NCBI GenBank assembly: GCA_049276535.1
Contig: JBASWP010000001.1
Coordinates: forward strand, 168,241 to 232,240
Reading direction: 5' to 3'
DNA from: Candidatus Microsaccharimonas sp.
Lineage (GTDB): Bacteria; Patescibacteriota; Saccharimonadia; Saccharimonadales; Saccharimonadaceae
Length of the DNA: 64,000 bases
The first letter of the stretch is position 1. The number at the start of each line of letters is the position of its first letter. A program made the translations under genes and the position numbers. Shown here piece after piece: positions 19,801-27,997 of this stretch. The notes beneath the pieces are model-generated. The model was given only the letters and a program-made list of their open reading frames with translations, had not been told where the DNA came from and ran no database searches.

Positions 19801-20475
19801 ATGAAATACACTACACCGTATGTAGCACCGACACTCACTGTTGACGCAGTTATCTTCCAGCTGATCAATAACGAGCTTTCTGTTCTGTTAATACAGCGCC
19901 CGAACGACCCTTTCAAAGGATCATGGGCACTACCTGGTGGCTATAACCCCCAAGGTGAAACGACCATCGTAGCATTGGAACGAATCGTCCAAGAAAAAAC
20001 TGGGGTAAATATCAAAAAGAACCTTAGCTATATCGAACAGCTGTATACATTCGATACTGTCGCCCGCGATCCTCGTGGCCATGCCGTATCGGTCACGTAT
20101 ATGGGGTGTGGGCGCGACCTTGAATCGGATATTTCGACCGGCGTCGGCTTTTTTCCTGTAACGTCCCTTCCAGAACTTGCGTATGACCACGCCGATATTA
20201 TTCACTATGCTCATAAGCGGCTGATCGCGAAGTTGACCTACACCAATGCGGTGTATGCCTTCCTCCCCCCTCGATTTACCCTCGCCGAGTTACAGGCTGC
20301 CTATGAAGGAATCTTTGGCTACGCACTCGATAAACGAAACTTCCGTAAGAAATTCTTGAGTCTAGGCCTAACCGAAGAAACCGACGAAAAACGTCGTGAT
20401 GGTGCCCACCGTCCTGCAGCGTTACATAAATTCCGCTCACAAACCCTCGAAACACTGTCTCGTAGCTTCGATTGA
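19801..20475 (+). CDS. Nudix-domain protein, probably NrtR-like NAD-regulon regulator / ADP-ribose pyrophosphatase
   Basis: Nudix box 'GGYNPQGETTIVALERIVQEKTGV' plus a roughly 90-aa C-terminal domain. It is adjacent to nadD/nadE, as NrtR family members usually are. Confidence 0.55.
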   Translation: MKYTTPYVAPTLTVDAVIFQLINNELSVLLIQRPNDPFKGSWALPGGYNPQGETTIVALERIVQEKTGVNIKKNLSYIEQLYTFDTVARDPRGHAVSVTYMGCGRDLESDISTGVGFFPVTSLPELAYDHADIIHYAHKRLIAKLTYTNAVYAFLPPRFTLAELQAAYEGIFGYALDKRNFRKKFLSLGLTEETDEKRRDGAHRPAALHKFRSQTLETLSRSFD

Positions 20476-20659
20476 TCTTAATTCTTAATTTGTGACTTTC
20501 GTCCTTGGTTATATTCCTATAGCCTGGACTCATCAGCATATGTCTACATATGGAGTCGTGCAGACCTGCGAGGAGGCGAAGTGAATCGCGCTCTCTCGCA
20601 GGTCTGTTAGTGTACGGGCGTTGCGGCTCGCACGGGTGGAATTACACGACTCTTGCCGG

Positions 20660-21436
20660 CTACGGAGCGAAGAAGCCGTTCATCGCCGTCTGGCTGAACG
20701 ACGCCGACTGGCTGGCCCGCACCGCGGACTGGCTGACGACGGCGAACGCCTTGCGGATCTCGGACGGCGAGTTGCCCGGCGTCAGGACCCACTCATCGAG
20801 CAGGCCCATCTTCGAGAACACGTCGCGGAAGTCCGTGTGGCCATCCTCGATGCCGACGCCGGCGATGATGTGCTGCTCGGTCGCCAGCAGTCCCTTCACG
20901 ATCACGGCGACGTCACGAGCCTTCTTGACGGAACCGTAGTCCGCGCCGTCGGTCGTGACGAAGGTGATGGCTCGCGCCGTCACCCCGCCCTGTTCGAACT
21001 CTGCGATCTTTGCAGCCACGGCCGTGAGGACGAGGATCATCTGGTCGTAGAGCGGGGTGCTGCCGCCGGGGTTGTAGTTCGTCCCGTCCAGGCGGATGGC
21101 CTGGTCGAGCAGAACGTACGGCTGCAGCACTCCTCGGTTGAGCGTCCAGACACCGCAGAGAACCGCGGCCTGCTGCTTGGACGCTTTCAGCGAGTCGACC
21201 ACGAGGTTGTGACCATCGCGGGCGTGCTGGGCGTTGTCGTACATCGAGGTGCTGTCGTCGAGCACCTCGGTGACGATGATGACCTCCGAGGCGTCGATGT
21301 CATCGACGACGACCGTGCCGAGGCCGGCGTTGATAGCCGGCCCCAGCGTGTCGACGACCGTAGTCATCGCCGCGGTCGCGTCGTCATCGACCCCTGCTCC
21401 GGAGATCAGGCTGGACAGAGAGGTTGTGCTTGTCAT
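20660..21436 (-). CDS. vWA-domain protein with MIDAS motif (TerY-like), island B gene 4
   Basis: 'LDDSTSM' (DxSxS MIDAS) and 'VTTDGADYG'. GC-rich codon usage. Last gene of the minus-strand operon. Confidence 0.65.
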   Translation of the reverse strand: MTSTTSLSSLISGAGVDDDATAAMTTVVDTLGPAINAGLGTVVVDDIDASEVIIVTEVLDDSTSMYDNAQHARDGHNLVVDSLKASKQQAAVLCGVWTLNRGVLQPYVLLDQAIRLDGTNYNPGGSTPLYDQMILVLTAVAAKIAEFEQGGVTARAITFVTTDGADYGSVKKARDVAVIVKGLLATEQHIIAGVGIEDGHTDFRDVFSKMGLLDEWVLTPGNSPSEIRKAFAVVSQSAVRASQSASFSQTAMNGFFAP

Positions 21437-21457
21437 CTTGTTCGTTTCCTTTCAGGA

Positions 21458-22510
21458 TCAGACGAGATTGATGTCCGGCCAGGACTCGATCGGGTCGGTC
21501 GAGTTGACGACGTGCATGCCGGCGCTGCGGAACTCGTCGAACGCCTTGTCGGCGTCCGGCCCGTAGTCGACGATCACGTCACCGGTGGTGGGGTCCTTCA
21601 CGACGATCGACGTCGTGCAGTCCTCCATGATGTAGATCTTCTTCGCCAGGGCGATGTCGATCGCGGCGATCTCCCGCAGGAGATCCGAGATGGTCCAGGC
21701 CACGCAGTGGCTCTTCGCCTGTCCCGTGATGATCAGCACGTCGTTCTCGATCAGTTCCTTCAGGAACTCGGTGTTGCGAGGGACGGGCTGTCCGTCGAAC
21801 AGCGAGTTAACCTCGGGTCCCAGGATCGAGTAGTTCTCGACGAAGGGGTGAGTCCCCTTGATCTGGATGCCCGGCTGGACTCCACGGACCAGGCCGTGGT
21901 AGTTGACCGCCTCGGCGATGCCGCTGACGAGGGCGTGGCCCTTGTCACCGATCATGCCGTGGTACGGCCACATCGTCAGAGCGTAGCGCCCCGCCGACTC
22001 CAGCTTCGCGGTGTAGTCCATCAGGTGCTGCCGCAGGAACATCACCGATACCTTCAGCGCCGCCGCTGTGAAGGGATCCGGAACCCAGACCCCACCAGCG
22101 ATGTCTGCGTGGGTGATGGTGGTGAACGGCGCCGGGTGGTTGCCGTTCGCATCGATGACGAACGAGGTGTGGAACACCGCGAACGCTCGGTGCGTGTCCA
22201 GCGTGCAGTCGATGCTGGACAGCGTCGCCAGGTTGCGGTAGATGAACTCCGCGGTCCGGATGCTGTCCTGCACCGCGCCATCTCCGCTCATGCCGGCGAC
22301 GAACAGCTCCCCGTTGGGGTCGCAGAACGTCCGCTGAGTGTCGATGAGCAGCAGGCCGACCTTACGAGCGTCGTCCTTCGCCGGCTTGATCCCGAGGGAC
22401 CGCCGGGTGTCGAGTGCCGCCGACTGCAGCGCGCTGAAATCGATCCAGCGCGTGTCATCGACGACGTTCTCCGGCTTGTAAAACGCCGGTAGTGCCAATG
22501 TGTTCTTCAT
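21458..22510 (-). CDS. Isochorismatase/nicotinamidase-family cysteine hydrolase (long form), island B gene 3
   Basis: 'LLLIDTQRTFCDP' (vDmQndF-like) and 'VLIITGQAKSHCVAWTISD' (catalytic Cys segment) with a roughly 130-aa insertion between them. Lies 21 nt from both neighbouring genes. Confidence 0.55.
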   Translation of the reverse strand: MKNTLALPAFYKPENVVDDTRWIDFSALQSAALDTRRSLGIKPAKDDARKVGLLLIDTQRTFCDPNGELFVAGMSGDGAVQDSIRTAEFIYRNLATLSSIDCTLDTHRAFAVFHTSFVIDANGNHPAPFTTITHADIAGGVWVPDPFTAAALKVSVMFLRQHLMDYTAKLESAGRYALTMWPYHGMIGDKGHALVSGIAEAVNYHGLVRGVQPGIQIKGTHPFVENYSILGPEVNSLFDGQPVPRNTEFLKELIENDVLIITGQAKSHCVAWTISDLLREIAAIDIALAKKIYIMEDCTTSIVVKDPTTGDVIVDYGPDADKAFDEFRSAGMHVVNSTDPIESWPDINLV

Positions 22511-22531
22511 TGCCTTGCCTTTCCGTTTTTT

Positions 22532-24403
22532 CTAGTGGATTTTCAGAAGGACGATCTCGTTACCCAAGACCGCGTAGATCCCCTCTCGTCCTTGAACGAG
22601 CTGGGCGTGGGAGTTCACGAACGGCTCGGTGTCGGGGAAAACTTTCTCCACGAACACCGCACCGCCATTCACCCCAAGTCGAACGATGCCGTCGTCGGTG
22701 GCCACGCAGAGCAGCTTACCGATTGCCAGGTGACCCCGAATACCTCCGCCCAGCCATGAATCCTCACCATCCATGGCACTAGCTTCAGCGAGGAGCTTCC
22801 CTTGCTTGTCGACAACGTAACACTTGTGATACAGCGATCCTTGATCCTGCACCGTCGCGAAGAACCAGATCTGGTCGTTCCCGAAAACGGCAGTGGCGTC
22901 GACCAGCTGGCCGGGAATCGAGGGAATCTCGACCCGGTCATTGAACGACTGACCATTGGCGTTAAAGATGAACGAACGGACGATCTTGCCCGCTTGGAAG
23001 AACCCGAAACCGAGTGATTCCCCTACCCAGACCAGTGTCTGATCTGACAGGATGTCACCGATGCGTTCCGGTCCAAACTTGCCGTCCTTGACCAGCTCGT
23101 TGCCGCTCAGCCAGTAGCTGTGCTGCTGGTTCGCGTCGAACACTGGAAGGATCTGACGATAGAGCCCTGTCGTATAGCTCTGGTTCGCACCGTCGCCATC
23201 GATCTCAAAGACCCTGCCTTCTTTTCCAATCAGCGTCGAGTCGCCCTTGATCCTGAACCGAAGTTCGTGATCCAGTTCGCCCGTGAGGACCTTGCGGCCC
23301 CCCTCGCGGTAGTACGCGCCGTTCTCGTGGTACAGATATCGCAGCTCGTGGTCCTGATTCACGACGTACAGCAGGCGCCCGGTTGTACGGAACACTCGCT
23401 CGGACGTGACGGTACCGCGAACGGTGACGACCGTCTTCACATACCCCGACGTGGCCGCGCAGGTCGGACAGATGTTACGCGCATGGGTTTCCCCACACTG
23501 CGTGCATACCGTCCAGCGCAGATTGTCGAAATAGCGAAGCGGAAACTCACCACGCAGATCTTTCTCGTACACCTGGTGCAGGTAGTCCAGAAAGTCGTCC
23601 GGCAAGACACCGAGGGGGAGGGCCGGCTTCGGGTAGATGACACTCGGGTCAAATACCGTCACTCGTCCCAGCACCCTTTCGTCGTGCTGAAGGCGTCTGC
23701 CGGTTTTGGGCCGGTGAACACCTCCGTACGGACCAACCGCCAGTTGCGACTGCATCAGCATCGTAAGAAATGCGTACCAGTCGGACTCTTGGTTGTGTGG
23801 CCGCGCAAGCACAAGGTGATCGGGAGCACACCGAAGCGGGTCGACGAATCGACTCGTGAAGGTGTGGGTCTCGAACCCTGCGAATTGCATACTGTCGGCG
23901 TCGACCACCTTCACGCCACCGTTATTCACGATGACATTCAGGTCATTGACGTCGCCCAGCACCACAGACTGTGCGTGGATCTGCTTGAACACTCGATGGA
24001 GTTCTCGGAAGATCTTGACGACCTGATTACCGTCGATACCGCTTGCTTCGCGGTACTGACGGCTAGTCAGCTTCATCAAAACATCCCCTCCACTGATGAA
24101 AGGCATGGTGTACCCCACCACCTTGTCGTTCCCGGACTTGTCAAAAGCCAGGGCAAGGGGTGCGACGACTTCCGCAGGGAGACCCTTTGGAAAGACGCGC
24201 AGCTTCTTCTGTTGTTCGGCGATGCGAACGACTGCGCCTTGCTGTGCCGCCGAGTCACCCGTGTAGTCGGGATCCTTCGGTGTCTTGAACAGCTTCAGCA
24301 CGGTGTTGTTGTCGACCTTGAAGACGTCTGCTTCGCCACCTTTACCGATCAAGGCGCCCGGTTGCAAACGGACGACCTGACCATTCAGCATGACTGAAGG
24401 CAT
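22532..24403 (-). CDS. Atypical Ser/Thr protein kinase-like protein with CxxC...CxxC zinc ribbon and C-terminal beta-rich domain, island B gene 2
   Basis: Gly-rich loop 'GKGGEADVF', Lys 'VLKLF', catalytic-loop-like 'VLGDVNDLNVIV', 'VVDADS' in place of DFG. Then 'CTQCGETHARNICPTC' and about 300 further residues. It follows the PP2C gene with a 2-nt gap. Confidence 0.55.
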   Translation of the reverse strand: MPSVMLNGQVVRLQPGALIGKGGEADVFKVDNNTVLKLFKTPKDPDYTGDSAAQQGAVVRIAEQQKKLRVFPKGLPAEVVAPLALAFDKSGNDKVVGYTMPFISGGDVLMKLTSRQYREASGIDGNQVVKIFRELHRVFKQIHAQSVVLGDVNDLNVIVNNGGVKVVDADSMQFAGFETHTFTSRFVDPLRCAPDHLVLARPHNQESDWYAFLTMLMQSQLAVGPYGGVHRPKTGRRLQHDERVLGRVTVFDPSVIYPKPALPLGVLPDDFLDYLHQVYEKDLRGEFPLRYFDNLRWTVCTQCGETHARNICPTCAATSGYVKTVVTVRGTVTSERVFRTTGRLLYVVNQDHELRYLYHENGAYYREGGRKVLTGELDHELRFRIKGDSTLIGKEGRVFEIDGDGANQSYTTGLYRQILPVFDANQQHSYWLSGNELVKDGKFGPERIGDILSDQTLVWVGESLGFGFFQAGKIVRSFIFNANGQSFNDRVEIPSIPGQLVDATAVFGNDQIWFFATVQDQGSLYHKCYVVDKQGKLLAEASAMDGEDSWLGGGIRGHLAIGKLLCVATDDGIVRLGVNGGAVFVEKVFPDTEPFVNSHAQLVQGREGIYAVLGNEIVLLKIH

Positions 24404-24405
24404 GG

Positions 24406-25218
24406 TTACTCCGTTTCTGTGGGTTGGGGAACGCGGCGTCCGACGATCATCGTGGTGTCATCCCGCAGGTACCCGAATTCCGGGTCCTTTTGGGGGTAGT
24501 CACGACCGATCAGCTTCAGCTCGCGCTCGATGGCAATGTGGAGGGCGTAGTACTTGTCGTCTTGCCAGAACTGCTCGATCGGTCCGACGATGCCGGACAG
24601 GCCGGGCTTTTTCTTGCCCTCGCTTGCGACCAGGTAGTCTATCCCGTCCGTCGCCAACATGAACGAATTCACGTCGGTGACATCAAACGGGGCAAACACC
24701 GGGTGCAAACGCAACAGGTCGGAATCGACCGTGGCATCCTCGCCCATCAAGCAGTACCCGATATAGGGTGGCTCGTTGTTCGGGAACGGTCCAAGGTTCG
24801 TCACGACTCCGTTGATGACGATGGTGCCGTCGCCTAGCGCAAAGAACGTGATGGTGTGGCCGTCGGTGACAAAACCGAGAAGCGTAAACAGGAAATACTG
24901 CTTGATCACTTCACGATAGTTGCCGCCCATGGCACGCACCAGCACGTCCAACTGCGAGACGACTTGCTGTTGTACGCGGCTCCACTTGATCTGGTGTTTC
25001 GGACCACTGTATGCGGCGCGGATGCTCTCGGCGAGGATCTTGACGCCCAACTGGGCGCCCACCTCGCTGTGAGCATGACTTCCGCAGCCATCAGCCACGA
25101 CTCCGACGGTCAGGTCTCCAGCCGTAAGGATAGTCCAGCTATCCTGACTGTTTAACCCGGCCCAGCGATGATCGCGACCGATCCAGCTTCCGCCAGCGAA
25201 TTGAAATTCGGCTGACAT
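24406..25218 (-). CDS. PP2C-family Ser/Thr phosphatase, island B gene 1
   Basis: 'NSQDS', 'GVVADGCGSH', 'FALGDG', 'ATDGIDYL' and 'DDTTMIV' match PPM/PP2C metal-binding motifs. A GAGGTGA ribosome-binding site precedes the start, which follows a long AT-rich leader. Confidence 0.65.
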   Translation of the reverse strand: MSAEFQFAGGSWIGRDHRWAGLNSQDSWTILTAGDLTVGVVADGCGSHAHSEVGAQLGVKILAESIRAAYSGPKHQIKWSRVQQQVVSQLDVLVRAMGGNYREVIKQYFLFTLLGFVTDGHTITFFALGDGTIVINGVVTNLGPFPNNEPPYIGYCLMGEDATVDSDLLRLHPVFAPFDVTDVNSFMLATDGIDYLVASEGKKKPGLSGIVGPIEQFWQDDKYYALHIAIERELKLIGRDYPQKDPEFGYLRDDTTMIVGRRVPQPTETE

Positions 25219-25635
25219 GGTTTCACCTCTCTCTTGTAGTGTGTAATTCCTAGTTATTAAGTTTCGAGCGAGATTAACTCTCCCGCTAAGCCCTTAATGC
25301 TCCTCTTCTTCCACTCGGGAAGGCGTCAGTAGCTGATGATCGTTAGTAGGTTATTGTCAACGATACACTAACTGATAGTGTAATAATAACACTTAGTATA
25401 AAGTCATACTATAGTTAATGTAAATTCTACAATAAGTGTCGGTCTTTAACAGATTACAGTTATACGACTATTTATTTATATGCAACTAATAAGACGTTGG
25501 TAATCGGCTGTTCGACGGGTACAAAATCGTCGCCATTTTTTGTAAAGACTTCAGCAGCCGTCGCAAAGCGATTTTCAATCAGCCATTGATTCTGCTTGGG
25601 TTCTGATCCCTTACCTACCGTAAATCCGACGTCGG

Positions 25636-27033
25636 TCAAGGCTTTAACCCAATCGCTATATTCCCAGAAACAAAATCGTTCGTGCATTTCACTGGTCCAA
25701 TATTGAAATAATCTTTTTTAGCTAAGAAATCACACAGGTCGGCATGTCGGAGGACCGCATACTCTTCACCCTCAATATTTTCAAATCGATACTCAATTTG
25801 ATCACCTTCCACCGCTCGAAAATCTTTGGCGAATCGTCGAAAACGCGCCTTTGATGACAGTGACCTTAGGAATTCAGGCAGTTCGCCTGTTTCGATATCA
25901 GGATGTACGTCGTCGGGGTTCTCGCCGTCGTCTTCATTGAGAAGTGCGTAAACGATCTTGTCTTTATTATTCGGACCCACGACATCGTAATTAATATAGA
26001 CGCCGCCCGGTGCTAAAATAGCGTGCATTCGTTCAATGAAGGCGACTAATTCACTTCTTCCTAAATACGATTCCACCTCGTGGGTAAGCGCCATTGTAAT
26101 GATCGTGTCGAGGGAATTGCGAGGAAACAACGAGCTGCGCATGATATTACGTTGGTAGAAGAACATATTAGTATCGCCAAATTCACCAGCATCTTTGCGC
26201 TGCTGACAAATCTGGTATAGCGGGCGAGCTGCTTCGACTCCGTAAAAATCAGATTCGAACATTTCAGGACGCTTTGATAAAATCTTTAGTGTTTCACCAG
26301 TCGCACAACCAACATCCAGGATACGCCCCGGCTTTACGTAGTCGACGAAGTCAGCCACTTTCCGGACCGCCCCGTCTTCAAACGCCTGACGATAGGTCGT
26401 ATAATCGCGCGTTGTCGTGATATCACCATCATCACTGTCGATTAACGGATCTTGAAAGATCTCGACGATGTCATCGCCTAAACCGTACCGTTCAAATTCT
26501 TCAAAACAGACAGGGTGCATTTCATCACGAACAATTGCATTTGATCGCCACTGTGCCCCGCTTTTGATAACTTCTTCAACAACATCCCACGGACGTGGTC
26601 CTCGCTGGTGTTCAAACGTTTCATCGAACTCGGCTGAATCAATCGCAAATCCCCGTGCCACATACTGTTCGGCGACTTCCTTGGTCGAACAGACAACTAA
26701 GGTGTTTTCAGGCGTCAGATCAACTCGCCCTTTACTTTGTAGGCGTACTTCTTCAATCAGATAGTGAGCAAAATCCTTCTTCTGCGTCATATTCGTAATG
26801 CGATACACCTGCGATGGCAAGTGCTCGGCCGCACTGACAGCTTCGATAATGCCCAGCCGACGACTCCCTGTTAGTGGATTTCGTTGGGTTCCCCCATGAT
26901 TTGCACTGGTCACTGCCCACACAACCTCGGCGCGGTGCTCGATATCAGGACGCTTTAAAAGCTTCTTTAGATTATCTATCTGGAAACGTGTAACCGCTTG
27001 ATGACGCCCAGGCACCAGCAGATAGCGGTACAT
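25636..27033 (-). CDS. Two-domain protein: N-terminal uncharacterised (nucleotidyltransferase-like?) domain fused to class I SAM-dependent methyltransferase
   Basis: Motif I 'ILDVGCATGETL' of Rossmann-fold methyltransferases in the C-terminal half. N-terminal half has 'VPGRHQAVTRFQ'. Its start overlaps the stop of the downstream phosphatase gene. Confidence 0.5.
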   Translation of the reverse strand: MYRYLLVPGRHQAVTRFQIDNLKKLLKRPDIEHRAEVVWAVTSANHGGTQRNPLTGSRRLGIIEAVSAAEHLPSQVYRITNMTQKKDFAHYLIEEVRLQSKGRVDLTPENTLVVCSTKEVAEQYVARGFAIDSAEFDETFEHQRGPRPWDVVEEVIKSGAQWRSNAIVRDEMHPVCFEEFERYGLGDDIVEIFQDPLIDSDDGDITTTRDYTTYRQAFEDGAVRKVADFVDYVKPGRILDVGCATGETLKILSKRPEMFESDFYGVEAARPLYQICQQRKDAGEFGDTNMFFYQRNIMRSSLFPRNSLDTIITMALTHEVESYLGRSELVAFIERMHAILAPGGVYINYDVVGPNNKDKIVYALLNEDDGENPDDVHPDIETGELPEFLRSLSSKARFRRFAKDFRAVEGDQIEYRFENIEGEEYAVLRHADLCDFLAKKDYFNIGPVKCTNDFVSGNIAIGLKP

Positions 27034-27860
27034 TATCGGTCTTCACCCAACAGCGGCGGTGCGAAATCAGCTTGTCGTAACAACTCTGCGCCGGTAAAAC
27101 GCTGCCGGTCAGGTAACTCTACCCATGTTCCACCGTCTGGTGATTCAGTTGGTGCATCAGGGTAGACCATTCGACGCCAGCGAATCTTTTCCCTAATATC
27201 ATCAGGATCATCAGGGTTCACTCGGGTGTAATGAGTGACGCTACAATTTCGAATGGTATAGGCAGGGTCACGATCAATCGCTTCCCACTGCTCTGGTAAC
27301 ATGCGTTCTATTCCATACCTCGCGACATTGATAAAGTCGCCATGCGATACCACAATGACTCGATTATTCGCCTGTTCACGGTGAAGGGTCCCCTGAAAAT
27401 CACGGAATCGGCTATAAACGTCCGGCATACTTTCACCCCCATCAAAGCGCACATACCATGGGGTCGTTTCGTGCAATCGTACGGTTAATGGAAAGTGTGA
27501 GCGTTGTTCGGCTTTCGGAACAATACCGTATACCCCCCAACTACGCTCAACGACGCGGTCGTCAACGGTCCATTCACCAAGCTCAATGCCACCAATATAC
27601 GCAGCCGTCTCGCGGGTTCGCAGGAACGGCGAAACGTATCGCCCTTGAAACGATTCAACCCCACCTAGATTTTCGTCGAGCCATATCTTTGCCAGTATTG
27701 CCTGCTCAATCCCAAGTTTTGACAAGCGTTGTTGCCAATCAGGCCGATCATTAATTTCGGCTTCCTTTTCGTGTTCACCACCTTTTTTCGTGATCCTATG
27801 AACGGTATTTGCCTCGGACATTCCGTGACGGACAAAAACAAGATCGTTTGGCATTGGCAT
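27033..27860 (-). CDS. Histidine phosphatase superfamily (phosphoglycerate-mutase-like) protein
   Basis: 'LVFVRHGMSEAN' RHG catalytic motif and a downstream 'SHG'. Confidence 0.6.
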   Translation of the reverse strand: MPMPNDLVFVRHGMSEANTVHRITKKGGEHEKEAEINDRPDWQQRLSKLGIEQAILAKIWLDENLGGVESFQGRYVSPFLRTRETAAYIGGIELGEWTVDDRVVERSWGVYGIVPKAEQRSHFPLTVRLHETTPWYVRFDGGESMPDVYSRFRDFQGTLHREQANNRVIVVSHGDFINVARYGIERMLPEQWEAIDRDPAYTIRNCSVTHYTRVNPDDPDDIREKIRWRRMVYPDAPTESPDGGTWVELPDRQRFTGAELLRQADFAPPLLGEDR

Positions 27861-27997
27861 GGTGGTGCTCCTTTTCTTACTAATGAAAGTATACAGTTAT
27901 CGAACATAAAATGCAATTAGTGTTGACTTTACAATAAGTAGGGGGTACTATGATACTAGATAGTGTATAAAGAACACTAATTAATAAAAGGATCATT

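Noticed and set aside
20560-20607. Paired CATATG (NdeI) sites and a palindrome at the island B boundary as evidence of cloning
   Set aside because: Two 6-bp palindromes in AT-rich DNA are expected by chance. The hairpin cagacctgcgag...ctcgcaggtctg is better read as a transcription terminator or attenuator for the minus-strand operon.
20621-22492. 623-aa plus-strand ORF, and other long ORFs in the track antisense to the GC-rich genes: 20550..20939, 23120..24397, 24424..24837, 31076..32950, 30954..31523, 31150..31629, 32505..32948, 33103..34017, 16017..16557, 14150..15082 and others
   Set aside because: In GC-rich DNA stop codons are rare, so long antisense frames appear by chance. These translate to low-complexity Arg/Ala/Gly/Pro-rich sequence with no motifs. 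The opposite-strand genes show clear domain signatures and operon spacing.
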